Source: Escherichia phage ph0011. Taken from it: DNA of 64,000 bases. Location: sequence record OP557969.1. One strand, given 5' to 3'. Position 1 is the stretch's first letter. Every line of letters begins with the position of its first letter. The position numbers and the translations under genes are program-made. The notes beneath the pieces were generated by a model. That model made no database searches. It was not told where the DNA came from and worked only from the letters and a program-made list of their open reading frames with translations. This document shows positions 1 to 9,684 of the stretch, piece by piece.

Positions 1-16
1 CCTTTTCAAAAAACTG

Positions 17-265
17 ATGTATGTTAATGATAATAATTATAGTGTTAAATTATCATTCGATATTGTGTTGGATAAATTAACATTTACGGAATACACTACC
101 AATAAAACTTCATTTTTACACAAGTATAATAGAAAGGTATATAATCATATTTCTAGTTATTTAAATGAAGAATATTACTTTCAACAATCTACAATAGAAA
201 AAGTATTATTCAGTACTGAAGAATTAAAAGAATTATATTATTGGTATGAGAAATTTACATCTTGA
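17..265 (+). CDS. small protein, C-terminal EExFFQxST motif family
   Basis: ORF 82 aa; motif EEYYFQQSTIEKV. Confidence 0.5.
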   Translation: MYVNDNNYSVKLSFDIVLDKLTFTEYTTNKTSFLHKYNRKVYNHISSYLNEEYYFQQSTIEKVLFSTEELKELYYWYEKFTS

Positions 266-320
266 CATTATGGTGGTTTCATCTTACAATACAAGATAAT
301 GATGCGTTGAGGACAAATTC

Positions 321-731
321 ATGAGTATAGATTTACACAATGAACTACAATATTTTTTTGATTTGGATATATCACGTTTGAACAGACATGTCAATCATAT
401 ATCCAGAACTATATGGTGGTCTGATGAGGCTGATGAACCAAGGATTCAGATTTGTGATAATTTGTCAGTTTTAAGATTGTATGTTCTTGATACCGAAATG
501 AATATTATGATAACATACGTACCACCCACAAACAAACTTCTAATCAACACACTAAACCCAGATACAGTACTGAAAATTTTTGATTTGGATACGATACAGT
601 CAAGCGAAACACTATTCCAACGTTCATTGGTTGATGATCTAGGGGGTATTTCTTTTGACGATATATTAAAATTGAAGAAGATGTATAATGAATTATTAGA
701 GATTAAAAATACCGTTCTAATGGGGATTTAA
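321..731 (+). CDS. EExFFQxST motif family protein
   Basis: ORF 136 aa; motif SETLFQRSLVDDLGGISFDDI. Confidence 0.55.
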   Translation: MSIDLHNELQYFFDLDISRLNRHVNHISRTIWWSDEADEPRIQICDNLSVLRLYVLDTEMNIMITYVPPTNKLLINTLNPDTVLKIFDLDTIQSSETLFQRSLVDDLGGISFDDILKLKKMYNELLEIKNTVLMGI

Positions 732-732
732 T

Positions 733-1137
733 ATGGTAAGTTTATTAGATATTGATAATACTAGTCTGGTTCTGGTGAAAAAAGGATTAATTCCAAATTC
801 TAACAAGATTGATTATGCTGTTATTGAAACAAATATTGGGAATATCTGGTACGACTCTGAAAGAGACATTGTGTTTAGCTGTGTAGATAGTGATCGTTCT
901 GAGTGCTGTAGGGTTGGGCATGACGGACAATTTATTTTCGAATTTCGTTTCTGGAAAGATTCCAGATTTCACCAGGAGCATGTTTCAATTACAAATGTAA
1001 ATTGTAATGAAGAATCATTCTTCATGGAAAGTACTATTAATGATTTTGGCTCAGTTACTTTTGAGTACTATAAAAAAGTATATAACTTGTACAGAGAAGT
1101 AATTCGAATCATAAGAACCTCTGAGGGTCAAGATTAA
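733..1137 (+). CDS. EExFFQxST motif family protein
   Basis: ORF 134 aa; motif EESFFMESTINDFGSVTFE. Confidence 0.55.
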   Translation: MVSLLDIDNTSLVLVKKGLIPNSNKIDYAVIETNIGNIWYDSERDIVFSCVDSDRSECCRVGHDGQFIFEFRFWKDSRFHQEHVSITNVNCNEESFFMESTINDFGSVTFEYYKKVYNLYREVIRIIRTSEGQD

Positions 1138-1138
1138 T

Positions 1139-1516
1139 ATGACTACTACCATATATAATATTTTAGGTAACTTGAATAAAAACATAGATAATGATTTTGT
1201 TATAGTTGAAAACACTAAAAATATAATTCATCTACCATTGGGTACACCAGATAGGTTAATTTTTAACATATACGCTAACACACTGACATACATACACGAT
1301 GGTATGGTTATCGTTGTGCTTGATATTAAAGAAAATACAATACGATATGCATATGACTTTAACGTTTATTGGTCAAGAACTCATAGTATTGATATTGAGG
1401 AAGATGAACTTTTTCAATTATCGTTAATTGAGAAAAATGTAATAGGAGTTACCGAGATTGGTATTGTTAAAAAAGCTTTGGAATATGCAAATAAAAAAAT
1501 AAATGGCGAACTATGA
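1139..1516 (+). CDS. EExFFQxST motif family protein
   Basis: ORF 125 aa; motif EDELFQLSLIEKN; ATGA overlap with next gene. Confidence 0.5.
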   Translation: MTTTIYNILGNLNKNIDNDFVIVENTKNIIHLPLGTPDRLIFNIYANTLTYIHDGMVIVVLDIKENTIRYAYDFNVYWSRTHSIDIEEDELFQLSLIEKNVIGVTEIGIVKKALEYANKKINGEL

Positions 1517-1977
1517 TGAACATTGAGGAAATAAAAAATCATTTTGAAATTGCATTGTCTTGTGATTTTGATAGTTGTTATGTTACTGAACCAGAAGATA
1601 TAATTAGAATTTCCACATCGTTTTCAGAAGAATACAATATACTCATTGAGAAATCATATGACAGAACCGAACTCTCATTTTACAATAAGGATTTACGAAC
1701 AACATCATTTATATTATTATATAACACAACATCGGATATAATAGAGATTATAACAAGTAAAACAGGTAAAACAAGTAAAGATGTACATTATGAGACTATA
1801 CCAAATGTAAGTTATTGTTCAACAGAAGAAGGATACTTCCAGGAATCACTTATTAAAAATTTATCAGTTAGCTATTCTGATTTAAGCATTATAGTCAATT
1901 ATGTGGAAAAGTTAAATGATTTCGTTCTATCGATGTTTGATATCACTGAGCAAAAACCAAAGGAAATCAAATGTTAA
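1513..1977 (+). CDS. EExFFQxST motif family protein
   Basis: ORF 154 aa; motif EEGYFQESLIKNL. Confidence 0.55.
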   Translation: MMNIEEIKNHFEIALSCDFDSCYVTEPEDIIRISTSFSEEYNILIEKSYDRTELSFYNKDLRTTSFILLYNTTSDIIEIITSKTGKTSKDVHYETIPNVSYCSTEEGYFQESLIKNLSVSYSDLSIIVNYVEKLNDFVLSMFDITEQKPKEIKC

Positions 1978-2426
1978 ATCCTGGACATTTTTTTCATTTA
2001 CTGGACATTACACCTATACCCGATTTGATCAGCGAGACTAATCATTATCGTGATATTGGAATTGTATCAATGGAATATGATTCACCTGACTTTAAATGTT
2101 ACGTAACATACGATCAGGTGGCTTATGAGTCAGAGCCTGAGATTAAAAAACCATCATATATTTTTGTGTTCATATATAATGATTATAGTGGTGATGTACT
2201 GAATGATGTTCATATTGACACATTTGAAATATGTGGTAATATTATATCAGATGATTCAGCATCCACATTTGATTTGGAATTAAACAGTACTGAAGAGTCA
2301 CTTTTTCAGTTGAGTACTATATGTGATACTATATTAACTCTAGATGACATTGAGAAATTTAAAGAACAGCTTGACGCAGTTCGTGAGATGTTCTATAATC
2401 ATTATCCAGAAGTAGAGTTCAATTAA
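1971..2426 (+). CDS. EExFFQxST motif family protein
   Basis: ORF 151 aa; motif EESLFQLSTICDTILTLDDIEKF. Confidence 0.55.
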   Translation: MLNPGHFFHLLDITPIPDLISETNHYRDIGIVSMEYDSPDFKCYVTYDQVAYESEPEIKKPSYIFVFIYNDYSGDVLNDVHIDTFEICGNIISDDSASTFDLELNSTEESLFQLSTICDTILTLDDIEKFKEQLDAVREMFYNHYPEVEFN

Positions 2427-2440
2427 CTAAAGGTAATAAA

Positions 2441-2701
2441 ATGACAAAAGTAGTTCGTAAACGCCACATGATGAATATGGATGAATTTCGTACATTTGAC
2501 AAATATCGTACTATGTTTCGTATGCTGTCACAGGGTCGCCCAATCGTCATTGTAACAGAGAATTACATGTCACCTGAGATTATGTTTGGTAATTACGAAA
2601 AGGTCTTCATGTTGTACGTGAAGCGTGGATTGCTTACAATCAAGACATTAGCTGAAGCAACTGATGATGATATGGATGGAGATAATACCTTTACCATGTG
2701 A
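2441..2701 (+). CDS. hypothetical protein
   Basis: ORF 86 aa in + strand gene train. Confidence 0.4.
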   Translation: MTKVVRKRHMMNMDEFRTFDKYRTMFRMLSQGRPIVIVTENYMSPEIMFGNYEKVFMLYVKRGLLTIKTLAEATDDDMDGDNTFTM

Positions 2702-2740
2702 GGAAATATATGTCTGAAAAACCAAAAGAACCTTTAGATC

Positions 2741-3031
2741 GTGATGATGATTTTTATGACGAACGATATGGAGATGATAATGAGTAAAAATAGTGCGGTG
2801 CTTAAAAAGATTTTAAAGGAAATTGATGGTGAATTTAATGTCACAGAAGAAGAATATCAGCATTGGAAGAAAGATTTCGAACAACTAACCGAGTATGATA
2901 AAGTGTTCAATATGATTGGCGTAATTAGCCAGTACTTACTTGGTGGAGGACGTGCAAGTGCTTCAATTCTGGCATCTGCAATCATCTGCACATCACGATG
3001 GTGTGATGAAAAAAGTTTGGAAGATTTCTAA
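2741..3031 (+). CDS. hypothetical protein
   Basis: ORF 96 aa; start uncertain. Confidence 0.35.
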   Translation: MMMIFMTNDMEMIMSKNSAVLKKILKEIDGEFNVTEEEYQHWKKDFEQLTEYDKVFNMIGVISQYLLGGGRASASILASAIICTSRWCDEKSLEDF

Positions 3032-3083
3032 ATAAGATGCTATAATATATCAGAGTACCTTAACAATATAAAAAGGATTTTAT

Positions 3084-4964
3084 ATGAAACCTATCCGAGT
3101 ACTATCTCTTTTTAATGGAATGAGTGTAGGATACATGGCATTAAAAGATGCTGGTATCCCTGTTGAAAAATATTATTCATCCGAAATTGACAAATTTGCT
3201 ATAGCTGAATCCCAAGCTAACTTCCCCGATATAATCCAATTGGGTGATGTAACTAAGTGGAGAGAATGGGATATTGAATGGGACAAGATAGATCTACTGA
3301 TGGGTGGTTTTCCATGCTTCCCAGCAGGAACTATGATAATGACAAATAAAGGTCATAAAGATATAAAAGATATAAAAATTGGTGATATGGTTCTTACACA
3401 CACTGGACAGTACCAAAAAGTATTGAGTACTGGTGTTAAAAAGGCTCCCACTCGTATTATTACGGGTCAAGGTCACCTTCCAATTGAATGTACCGATAAT
3501 CATCCATTTTGGAGTAGGGAACGTCTAGCCAATAAATGGAATAATCAACGCCGAAGATATGATTCTGTGTTTTCTGAACCGCAATGGGTAAATGCTATAG
3601 ATCTTACTAAACAAAGTTATATTTGTAATGTTAAAAATATTACACATAATACTGTAAGTGATAAAGATGAAAAATATTGGTATTTTGTTGGTCGTTTTAT
3701 GGGTGATGGATGTGCTAGTGTATCTAATAACAAATACAGTATTACTATTGTAGATTCATTAGATAAAGTTGATGAATTGAAAAAATGCTTTGATGATTTT
3801 GGATACAAATACACATTAGCTATTAAAGATAATCATGTAAGATGTGATATATATAGCAAAAAGCTTTATGATGAATTAATATGTATTGGGCATAAATCAC
3901 AAAACAAATGTTTACCACCTGAAATATTCAATGAAACTATCAATAACAAAGAAGCATTTATTAAAGGATACATGGATGCAGATGGTTGTGAGGATAAACA
4001 CAATAAAAAATACAAATTTACCACCACAAGTTATAAAATAGTTCTTGGTATGCAACAGTTAATCTTAGATACTTATCAAAGTCATTGTACTATTAGCCAA
4101 ACTGTTCCAAAAACAAAAAAATATATAAAAAATAAGTTGGTTAATCAGCTTCCGTATTGGAATGTTCATTTTAGCTATAATAAAATTAAAAGAGATGATG
4201 TAATATATGATGAAATTTATATATGGAATCGTGGTGTAAAAAGTAATGTACCAACCGGAGAATGGAAAACCGTTTACAATATTGAAGTTGCAGTAGATAA
4301 CACATATACAGCGAACAATATTGTAGTTCATAACTGCCAAGCGTGGTCAGTTGCAGGTAAACAGGGTGGAATAAATGATCCTCGTGGTATGTTATTCCAT
4401 ACAATGGTTGATATTTACCAGCACATAAAAAGTCTCAATCCAGACTTGAAAGTACTGTTCGAGAATGTTAAAATGAAAGAAGATTTCAAGCAATACATTA
4501 ATAGTGTTCTTGAGATGACACCAGTACTGATAAATTCCCAGCATTATACGCCTCACTTCAGGCAGCGATATTACTGGTACAGTACTGATAAACTTTTTAT
4601 ACCACCTGCATTATCCAATGCACCTAAACTTCAAGATATTATTGAAGATGGTTGGTACACTGACAGAACCGCTTCGTACTGTATAGATGCTAACTATTTT
4701 AAGGGTGGTGATTGTAACCAGTACTTTAATAAATCAAGAAGACAAATTGTTTTCAAAGAACCTGATATCGATAGGGATTTCCTTCTTGAACATGGTAAGC
4801 GAAATGTGGACTATCGTCATTTAACAGTACAAGAGTGTTGCATGTTGCAAGGAATTGATGTAAACTACTTCAAAGTTAGTAGTTCAACACAAGCATACAA
4901 AATGCTTGGGAATGGATGGACTATGCCAGTTATATCACACTTACTACGAGATATATTCTTTTGA
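3084..4964 (+). CDS. DNA C5-cytosine methyltransferase, intein-containing precursor
   Basis: 626-aa ORF. Exteins carry C5-MTase motifs: LSLFNGMSVGYMAL (motif I-like), GGFP|CQAWSVAGK (motif IV Pro-Cys split by the insert), DPRGMLF, VLFENV (motif VI), LTVQECCMLQGI, MLGNGWTMPV. Spliced product predicted ~286 aa. Confidence 0.85.
   Translation: MKPIRVLSLFNGMSVGYMALKDAGIPVEKYYSSEIDKFAIAESQANFPDIIQLGDVTKWREWDIEWDKIDLLMGGFPCFPAGTMIMTNKGHKDIKDIKIGDMVLTHTGQYQKVLSTGVKKAPTRIITGQGHLPIECTDNHPFWSRERLANKWNNQRRRYDSVFSEPQWVNAIDLTKQSYICNVKNITHNTVSDKDEKYWYFVGRFMGDGCASVSNNKYSITIVDSLDKVDELKKCFDDFGYKYTLAIKDNHVRCDIYSKKLYDELICIGHKSQNKCLPPEIFNETINNKEAFIKGYMDADGCEDKHNKKYKFTTTSYKIVLGMQQLILDTYQSHCTISQTVPKTKKYIKNKLVNQLPYWNVHFSYNKIKRDDVIYDEIYIWNRGVKSNVPTGEWKTVYNIEVAVDNTYTANNIVVHNCQAWSVAGKQGGINDPRGMLFHTMVDIYQHIKSLNPDLKVLFENVKMKEDFKQYINSVLEMTPVLINSQHYTPHFRQRYYWYSTDKLFIPPALSNAPKLQDIIEDGWYTDRTASYCIDANYFKGGDCNQYFNKSRRQIVFKEPDIDRDFLLEHGKRNVDYRHLTVQECCMLQGIDVNYFKVSSSTQAYKMLGNGWTMPVISHLLRDIFF
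3315..4334 (+). mobile_element. intein with LAGLIDADG homing endonuclease domain inside the C5-MTase gene
   Basis: Starts Cys (CFPAGTMIMT, block A), block B TDNHPF, two LAGLIDADG motifs (FVGRFMGDGC, FIKGYMDADGCE), ends IVVHN followed by +1 Cys of CQAWS; in frame, 340 aa. Confidence 0.8.
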
Positions 4965-4966
4965 AC

Positions 4967-5446
4967 ATGAACAACTACCCCACTTATACAGAACGTGCAA
5001 TGGAATTTAAACGTCAGTTAGCCAAGGATGAATTAGAATTTAATTTGTATTATCCTAATATTGGTGATGAGGTATTGTATAGTTCTCATGCTAAGAATGG
5101 AACTTTACTTCATTCCGGTAAAGGTATTGTTGTGGATATGATTAGTACGTTTAAAGGAAAACTTAATGTAATGTACAAAGTACAAGATTCAAGTACTAAG
5201 TGTATTCATGAAGTGATGCATAATATACCTACATACCCAAAAGATTTTGTTGAGCTAATATCTCGAAGGGAGAAACCTATGTTCTATTGTGGTTACGACA
5301 AATTAACCAAACAAATTATTCCTAATACTATGGGAAAATTTAAAAGTGATGTAAAATCTGAACTTAATAAGAAATTAGGTTCTTCATGGGAAACTGAAAA
5401 CGAGTTTATCGAAATTCGTTTAATTGAAGTTACTATTCTTGATTAA
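4967..5446 (+). CDS. hypothetical protein
   Basis: ORF; start set at first ATG after MTase stop (MNNYPTYTERAMEF). Confidence 0.45.
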   Translation: MNNYPTYTERAMEFKRQLAKDELEFNLYYPNIGDEVLYSSHAKNGTLLHSGKGIVVDMISTFKGKLNVMYKVQDSSTKCIHEVMHNIPTYPKDFVELISRREKPMFYCGYDKLTKQIIPNTMGKFKSDVKSELNKKLGSSWETENEFIEIRLIEVTILD

Positions 5447-5447
5447 T

Positions 5448-5480
5448 TATAAATCCACGCATTGCGTGGATTTTTTCATA
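5448..5480 (+). terminator. rho-independent terminator hairpin
   Basis: AAATCCACGCATTGCGTGGATTTTTT. Confidence 0.6.
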
Positions 5481-5489
5481 GGTGCATAT

Positions 5490-6005
5490 ATGACAGTTCC
5501 GTATGTTAAAATTATTAACAATATCCTTGATTTATGGGAAGATGTTATTACCGGTAAAAAGAATCCAATACCAGTACACGTACTAACTGGAAGACTACAA
5601 TTCAGAATGTCTAACAAAACTGAAACGTTTAATAATCATGATATTTGTATTACATTAAAAACACCTGTTAGTATTGTAATTAAAAAAAATAAAGATGATG
5701 AATTGTCATTATCTATTGGTCGTGATAAAATTATTTTAAGTAATTTGTCTGAAGAAGAATTCTTTCAAAGAAGTACTATCATCGACATGAAAGATTTCAC
5801 ATATGAATCATTAGTAGAACTCAATACACGTTTTGATGATATTCAGGAACGATTGCGACCAATACTCCGTAGAGAAGAAGAAGCCTGGATTGAAAGTATG
5901 AAGAAGATGCAAGAAATGTTAAAAGAAAATATTAACAATCTTGGTAAAACAACAATGGAAATTGGTAAAACTTTAAAACTCAACTTTTCAAAGGATCGTA
6001 AATGA
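5490..6005 (+). CDS. EExFFQxST motif family protein
   Basis: start moved to MTVPYVKII after terminator; motif EEEFFQRSTIIDM. Confidence 0.5.
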   Translation: MTVPYVKIINNILDLWEDVITGKKNPIPVHVLTGRLQFRMSNKTETFNNHDICITLKTPVSIVIKKNKDDELSLSIGRDKIILSNLSEEEFFQRSTIIDMKDFTYESLVELNTRFDDIQERLRPILRREEEAWIESMKKMQEMLKENINNLGKTTMEIGKTLKLNFSKDRK

Positions 6006-6454
6006 AAATCGATGAACTGATTTATATTTTAGGTAACTTGCACAAAATATTGTTACATCGCAACGAGATGAATAAACTAGGGTATAATATAACTAATTTA
6101 AATGAAACATCATTTAAATATAACTCAATCACTGGTGGAAATTATAATATTGTGTATTGTCATGAAACTGACCCTGACTGCTATCAACTTACGTTATACT
6201 TTTATCCAACAAACCCTACCATTGTTCAAGACATATCATCAATATCACTTGACCCAGATGGTGAAATGAGTATAGAATATAGCTATGATTCTAAAAAAGA
6301 ATGTTACGTTGAAGATATGAAAAATATGTTTAACGATGCATATGTGTTCCAGCTAAGTACTGTACATGATGTTGGAAGTACTAATGGGCAATTTTGGAAT
6401 ACATGCTATTATCATATGATTGGAATTTGTAAATTACTAAAAGGCGATGATTAA
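6002..6454 (+). CDS. EExFFQxST motif family protein (divergent)
   Basis: ORF 150 aa; motif DAYVFQLSTVHDVG. Confidence 0.5.
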   Translation: MKIDELIYILGNLHKILLHRNEMNKLGYNITNLNETSFKYNSITGGNYNIVYCHETDPDCYQLTLYFYPTNPTIVQDISSISLDPDGEMSIEYSYDSKKECYVEDMKNMFNDAYVFQLSTVHDVGSTNGQFWNTCYYHMIGICKLLKGDD

Positions 6455-6837
6455 TGAAATACAGCATTGAAGTACATTACACTACTGGTGATACTGAAAA
6501 TCAATATAACATAGTTAAGACCATTGATGTTCAATGGGATACTAAAGAGGAAGCAGTTGCTGCTTTACAGTGTCTAAAAGAGCATTGGGTGTTTTATATG
6601 AAGCAAGATAATTGCCATACAAAAGAACGCGAAACTATCGTTAAAAATGCTAAACAAAAAGAGTGGTTTGACCCAATTTCACCAGAATATTCATTTTTGG
6701 TTAAAGTTGGTGGCGTGACAGTACCCTTACGAACACCGTGGAACGGCTACTTTGAAACTCTTCATAATGCACGAGTTGTCGCTGTTGACAATCCTGAACA
6801 AATCGATTTTGATTCATTGGACTGGAAAAAATTATGA
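6454..6837 (+). CDS. hypothetical protein
   Basis: ORF 127 aa, ATGA-coupled. Confidence 0.45.
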   Translation: MKYSIEVHYTTGDTENQYNIVKTIDVQWDTKEEAVAALQCLKEHWVFYMKQDNCHTKERETIVKNAKQKEWFDPISPEYSFLVKVGGVTVPLRTPWNGYFETLHNARVVAVDNPEQIDFDSLDWKKL

Positions 6838-7277
6838 CAGTACTGCACCAATTGAAGAAGGTTAAGCATCCAGTTGTATATGAGGACTGGAAACGTCAGA
6901 AGCTGATGGGTGACTTTTATTACCCAAAATCTAAAGTTCTTGCGAATTCAAGATGTACATATATCAAACATAACGATAAAGATACAGTATTTGTTGAAAT
7001 GGGGTTCAATCCATCAAATACAATGTTCAGTACTAACCAAACATTTTACAAATTTCATATCCAAAAAGATGTATTTTCTATTAAAATTATAAAACATTTA
7101 GTTGAAGATCTGGTATACAGTGAAGAAAGAGTTCCTTTATCATTAGTGGATATTCCTTATAATAATTTAGAGGAAATGTACTTCCAACAGTTGACAGTAC
7201 AAGAAAACTTTGGTATGATAGGACTTCAAGAGTTAGAGATGATTAAGCAAATTCGTGATATCTACTTTAAGGGGTAA
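6834..7277 (+). CDS. EExFFQxST motif family protein (divergent)
   Basis: ORF 147 aa; motif EEMYFQQLTVQENFGMIGLQELE. Confidence 0.5.
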   Translation: MTVLHQLKKVKHPVVYEDWKRQKLMGDFYYPKSKVLANSRCTYIKHNDKDTVFVEMGFNPSNTMFSTNQTFYKFHIQKDVFSIKIIKHLVEDLVYSEERVPLSLVDIPYNNLEEMYFQQLTVQENFGMIGLQELEMIKQIRDIYFKG

Positions 7278-7279
7278 CT

Positions 7280-7423
7280 ATGCCAGTACGTAACAGTACT
7301 TCACGCTTTACGCTTCAACAGAAAGCAGATCTTTTGAATATGGCAAACAAAGATTCTAATTATTACTATCTAGTACTCGGTGGTTCAGTTGAAAAGATTG
7401 ACCTACGTGCGTGTATGAAATAA
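7280..7423 (+). CDS. small hypothetical protein
   Basis: 47-aa ORF read from sequence (MPVRNSTSRF...). Confidence 0.3.
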   Translation: MPVRNSTSRFTLQQKADLLNMANKDSNYYYLVLGGSVEKIDLRACMK

Positions 7424-7436
7424 CAAAGGGGATAAA

Positions 7437-7607
7437 ATGAGCTTACGTGAATCATGGGAACAATTTAAAGAAGAGATTGGTTATCGTGGTGTTAAGATTG
7501 AACAAATCAATCGTACTGAAAGCATCAAAGCTAGTACTAATGGAACTACCTATGATCGTTATGATGAAAAGTATGGTTTACATTCTAAACCAAAGGATAC
7601 TGAATAA
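7437..7607 (+). CDS. small hypothetical protein
   Basis: 56-aa ORF (MSLRESWEQFKEE...), GGGG upstream. Confidence 0.3.
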   Translation: MSLRESWEQFKEEIGYRGVKIEQINRTESIKASTNGTTYDRYDEKYGLHSKPKDTE

Positions 7608-7750
7608 TGGTGTATACTAACATTTTTACTGGTATTATGCGTAAGTTTGTTAATGGTATTGGATATGTATCCAATGACAACGGTAGTACATGGGTAAAAA
7701 ATAATACGTCCGAATCTTTAGTGAAAAGTCTTCCGTATTATAAAGCTTGA
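7607..7750 (+). CDS. small hypothetical protein
   Basis: 47-aa ORF (MVYTNIFTGIM...). Confidence 0.3.
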   Translation: MVYTNIFTGIMRKFVNGIGYVSNDNGSTWVKNNTSESLVKSLPYYKA

Positions 7751-7775
7751 CACATGAAAATGGAGTATGTATAAT
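7746..7775 (+). promoter_or_regulatory. sigma70-type early promoter
   Basis: TTGACA (7746-7751), 18-nt spacer, TATAAT (7770-7775). Confidence 0.55.
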
Positions 7776-7810
7776 ACTCCAATATTAATCAAATGAGGAT
7801 ATGCGAAATG

Positions 7811-8380
7811 GCTGGTGTTGATAAAATTTGTGAATTCAGTGGCGATTATGAAGGTTACGAAATGTACAAGTCCAAGCGTAATCACATTCAAGTACTGTCA
7901 AAATATCGAAAACATTTTCGTGGACATAAAGCAACATTGTATATTTTTGAGAATGGATATTCTGAAGTTTTCACAAGTGGTGGGTACAGTACAGCTAATA
8001 TGGCACATATCAACCCAAACCCAACTGAAGATGATTGGAATAGTGGTAATGCTTTTCGTATTTCAATTTTGAATAAAATGAATCGATACGACCGTTATTG
8101 TACATTCTTTGAAAATATTTCAGAATACAAGCAAGCATTAAAGAAATATAATCAACGCTTACTAATGAATTATGATTACATTCTTCATGTACCTACTGTT
8201 CCAGGTCAGGTTAATGGTCTGTACACGAACAGTACACATGATTTAACTGCGGTGAAGCGTCGTCTTAAACGTATGTTGGGTCATGGAAAACTAACTATCA
8301 AGATTATGCGTAATGAATCTATGTATAACTTTTTAAATGTTCTTCATTACACATTAAAGGATAAAAATGGAAGCGATTAA
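7811..8380 (+). CDS. hypothetical protein
   Basis: ORF; start 7793 or 7811. Confidence 0.45.
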   Translation, partial: AGVDKICEFSGDYEGYEMYKSKRNHIQVLSKYRKHFRGHKATLYIFENGYSEVFTSGGYSTANMAHINPNPTEDDWNSGNAFRISILNKMNRYDRYCTFFENISEYKQALKKYNQRLLMNYDYILHVPTVPGQVNGLYTNSTHDLTAVKRRLKRMLGHGKLTIKIMRNESMYNFLNVLHYTLKDKNGSD

Positions 8381-8564
8381 GTTTATTTTTGAGGTACTTA
8401 TTGCATTCATCGTATGTACTGTATCTATTGCTATTTCTTTAATCCCAGTCATCATTTACCAAGTCTATGGTGGCACAGACCAAACAATTGATATGCTTCT
8501 TCGTTGTTTTGGTTTCTGTATATGGTTGATTATGTTTATGTACTATATGCATATTGAGGACTGA
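8367..8564 (+). CDS. small membrane protein
   Basis: 65 aa, hydrophobic. Confidence 0.4.
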   Translation: MEAIKFIFEVLIAFIVCTVSIAISLIPVIIYQVYGGTDQTIDMLLRCFGFCIWLIMFMYYMHIED

Positions 8565-8566
8565 TT

Positions 8567-9397
8567 ATGTCATTGGAAAAATTAATCATTTCCGAATTCC
8601 GAAAGTACATCATGGATTGTGATAGAGATATCCAGCGTAAATTCAATGAGTATCTTGACAAATATCCATATTTGATGTTTAATCCATTTGAAACTCAAAC
8701 CGATGTTAAACTTGGATTTTACATTGGGTTTACTCAACGAATTCTACAACAATATGAGATGAAACAGGCAGAGGTTTGGGTAGAAACTGATTCGAATGAG
8801 ACGAATGTTTTTTACCTGTACTCTTATTATGCGGAAATTGTTAGTTCAATGACACTAGAAGGGTATCTATTCGTCAAAACATCTGATATTGAAAAAATAT
8901 ACATAGAACCTGTATCTTTGGATATGGTTGCCCAGCTTCCGACTATCCAGCAAATGGATGCGAATGAATTGACATATTCAGTATTTGAGTACCTTAATAG
9001 AGATGATTTAACTCAAGAAATTGAGAATATGGTTGCATCATATACTTCAACTCTTATATCTAATGGTTCACTTAGAATAGAACTGATTTACGACGATACT
9101 AGTACTAATGCAGTACGAGGTACTCGAATTGGAAAAGTTACTATACGTGTTGTCCACAATGATGTAGTACTTGGTTATATTTCGAAACGTGGTCATGACT
9201 TGTGTATGATTAACGCATATGTTATTGACCGAAAAGAATGGAACGATTTAATGCAAAAAATCGTAGACGGAAGTGGAATTCGTGATATAATGAGTAATGA
9301 AACAGTGATAATTAATCCTGATATTGACTGTGATGTATATTTTCCAGTTCCTGGATTTACACTACGTAATTTTGGTAAATTAAAGGATACAAAATGA
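8567..9397 (+). CDS. hypothetical protein
   Basis: ORF 276 aa. Confidence 0.5.
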   Translation: MSLEKLIISEFRKYIMDCDRDIQRKFNEYLDKYPYLMFNPFETQTDVKLGFYIGFTQRILQQYEMKQAEVWVETDSNETNVFYLYSYYAEIVSSMTLEGYLFVKTSDIEKIYIEPVSLDMVAQLPTIQQMDANELTYSVFEYLNRDDLTQEIENMVASYTSTLISNGSLRIELIYDDTSTNAVRGTRIGKVTIRVVHNDVVLGYISKRGHDLCMINAYVIDRKEWNDLMQKIVDGSGIRDIMSNETVIINPDIDCDVYFPVPGFTLRNFGKLKDTK

Positions 9398-9684
9398 AAA
9401 TTTTAGAAGTTTTACTTGAAAAAGATGCATCTGGTACTCTTTATGTTGGTAATGATTTCAGTCCTGATCCAATTGATATGATACAGCGTATTCAATCACT
9501 GACCCAATCAATTTCAGTTAAACAACCTTTCCTAAAAGAATTGGAAATTCATTGCGATAAAGACATGGAGCAGCATGATAATGTTATTTCTGATATCAAA
9601 AATCTGTTGACAAAGAATGGATATGTGGAGTATAATCCTCCTATCGTAATCGTTATCCCTGACTTCATGAGAGGAACATTGTAA
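9394..9684 (+). CDS. hypothetical protein
   Basis: ORF 96 aa ATGA-coupled. Confidence 0.45.
   Translation: MKILEVLLEKDASGTLYVGNDFSPDPIDMIQRIQSLTQSISVKQPFLKELEIHCDKDMEQHDNVISDIKNLLTKNGYVEYNPPIVIVIPDFMRGTL

Noticed and set aside
787-981. Numerous minus-strand ORFs in the track (e.g. 787..981, 3294..3503, 4065..4404, 12174..12512, 24134..24515, 26551..27087, 41908..42582, 45197..45448, 50387..50789)
   Set aside because: They lie antisense within longer, motif-supported + strand genes, lack RBSs, and are expected by chance in AT-rich DNA; treated as shadow ORFs.
7811-8380. Possible ADP-ribosyltransferase (Alt/Mod-like) assignment for the 195-aa ORF
   Set aside because: The R, S-T-S and E-x-E motifs are not present in the required order; left as hypothetical.
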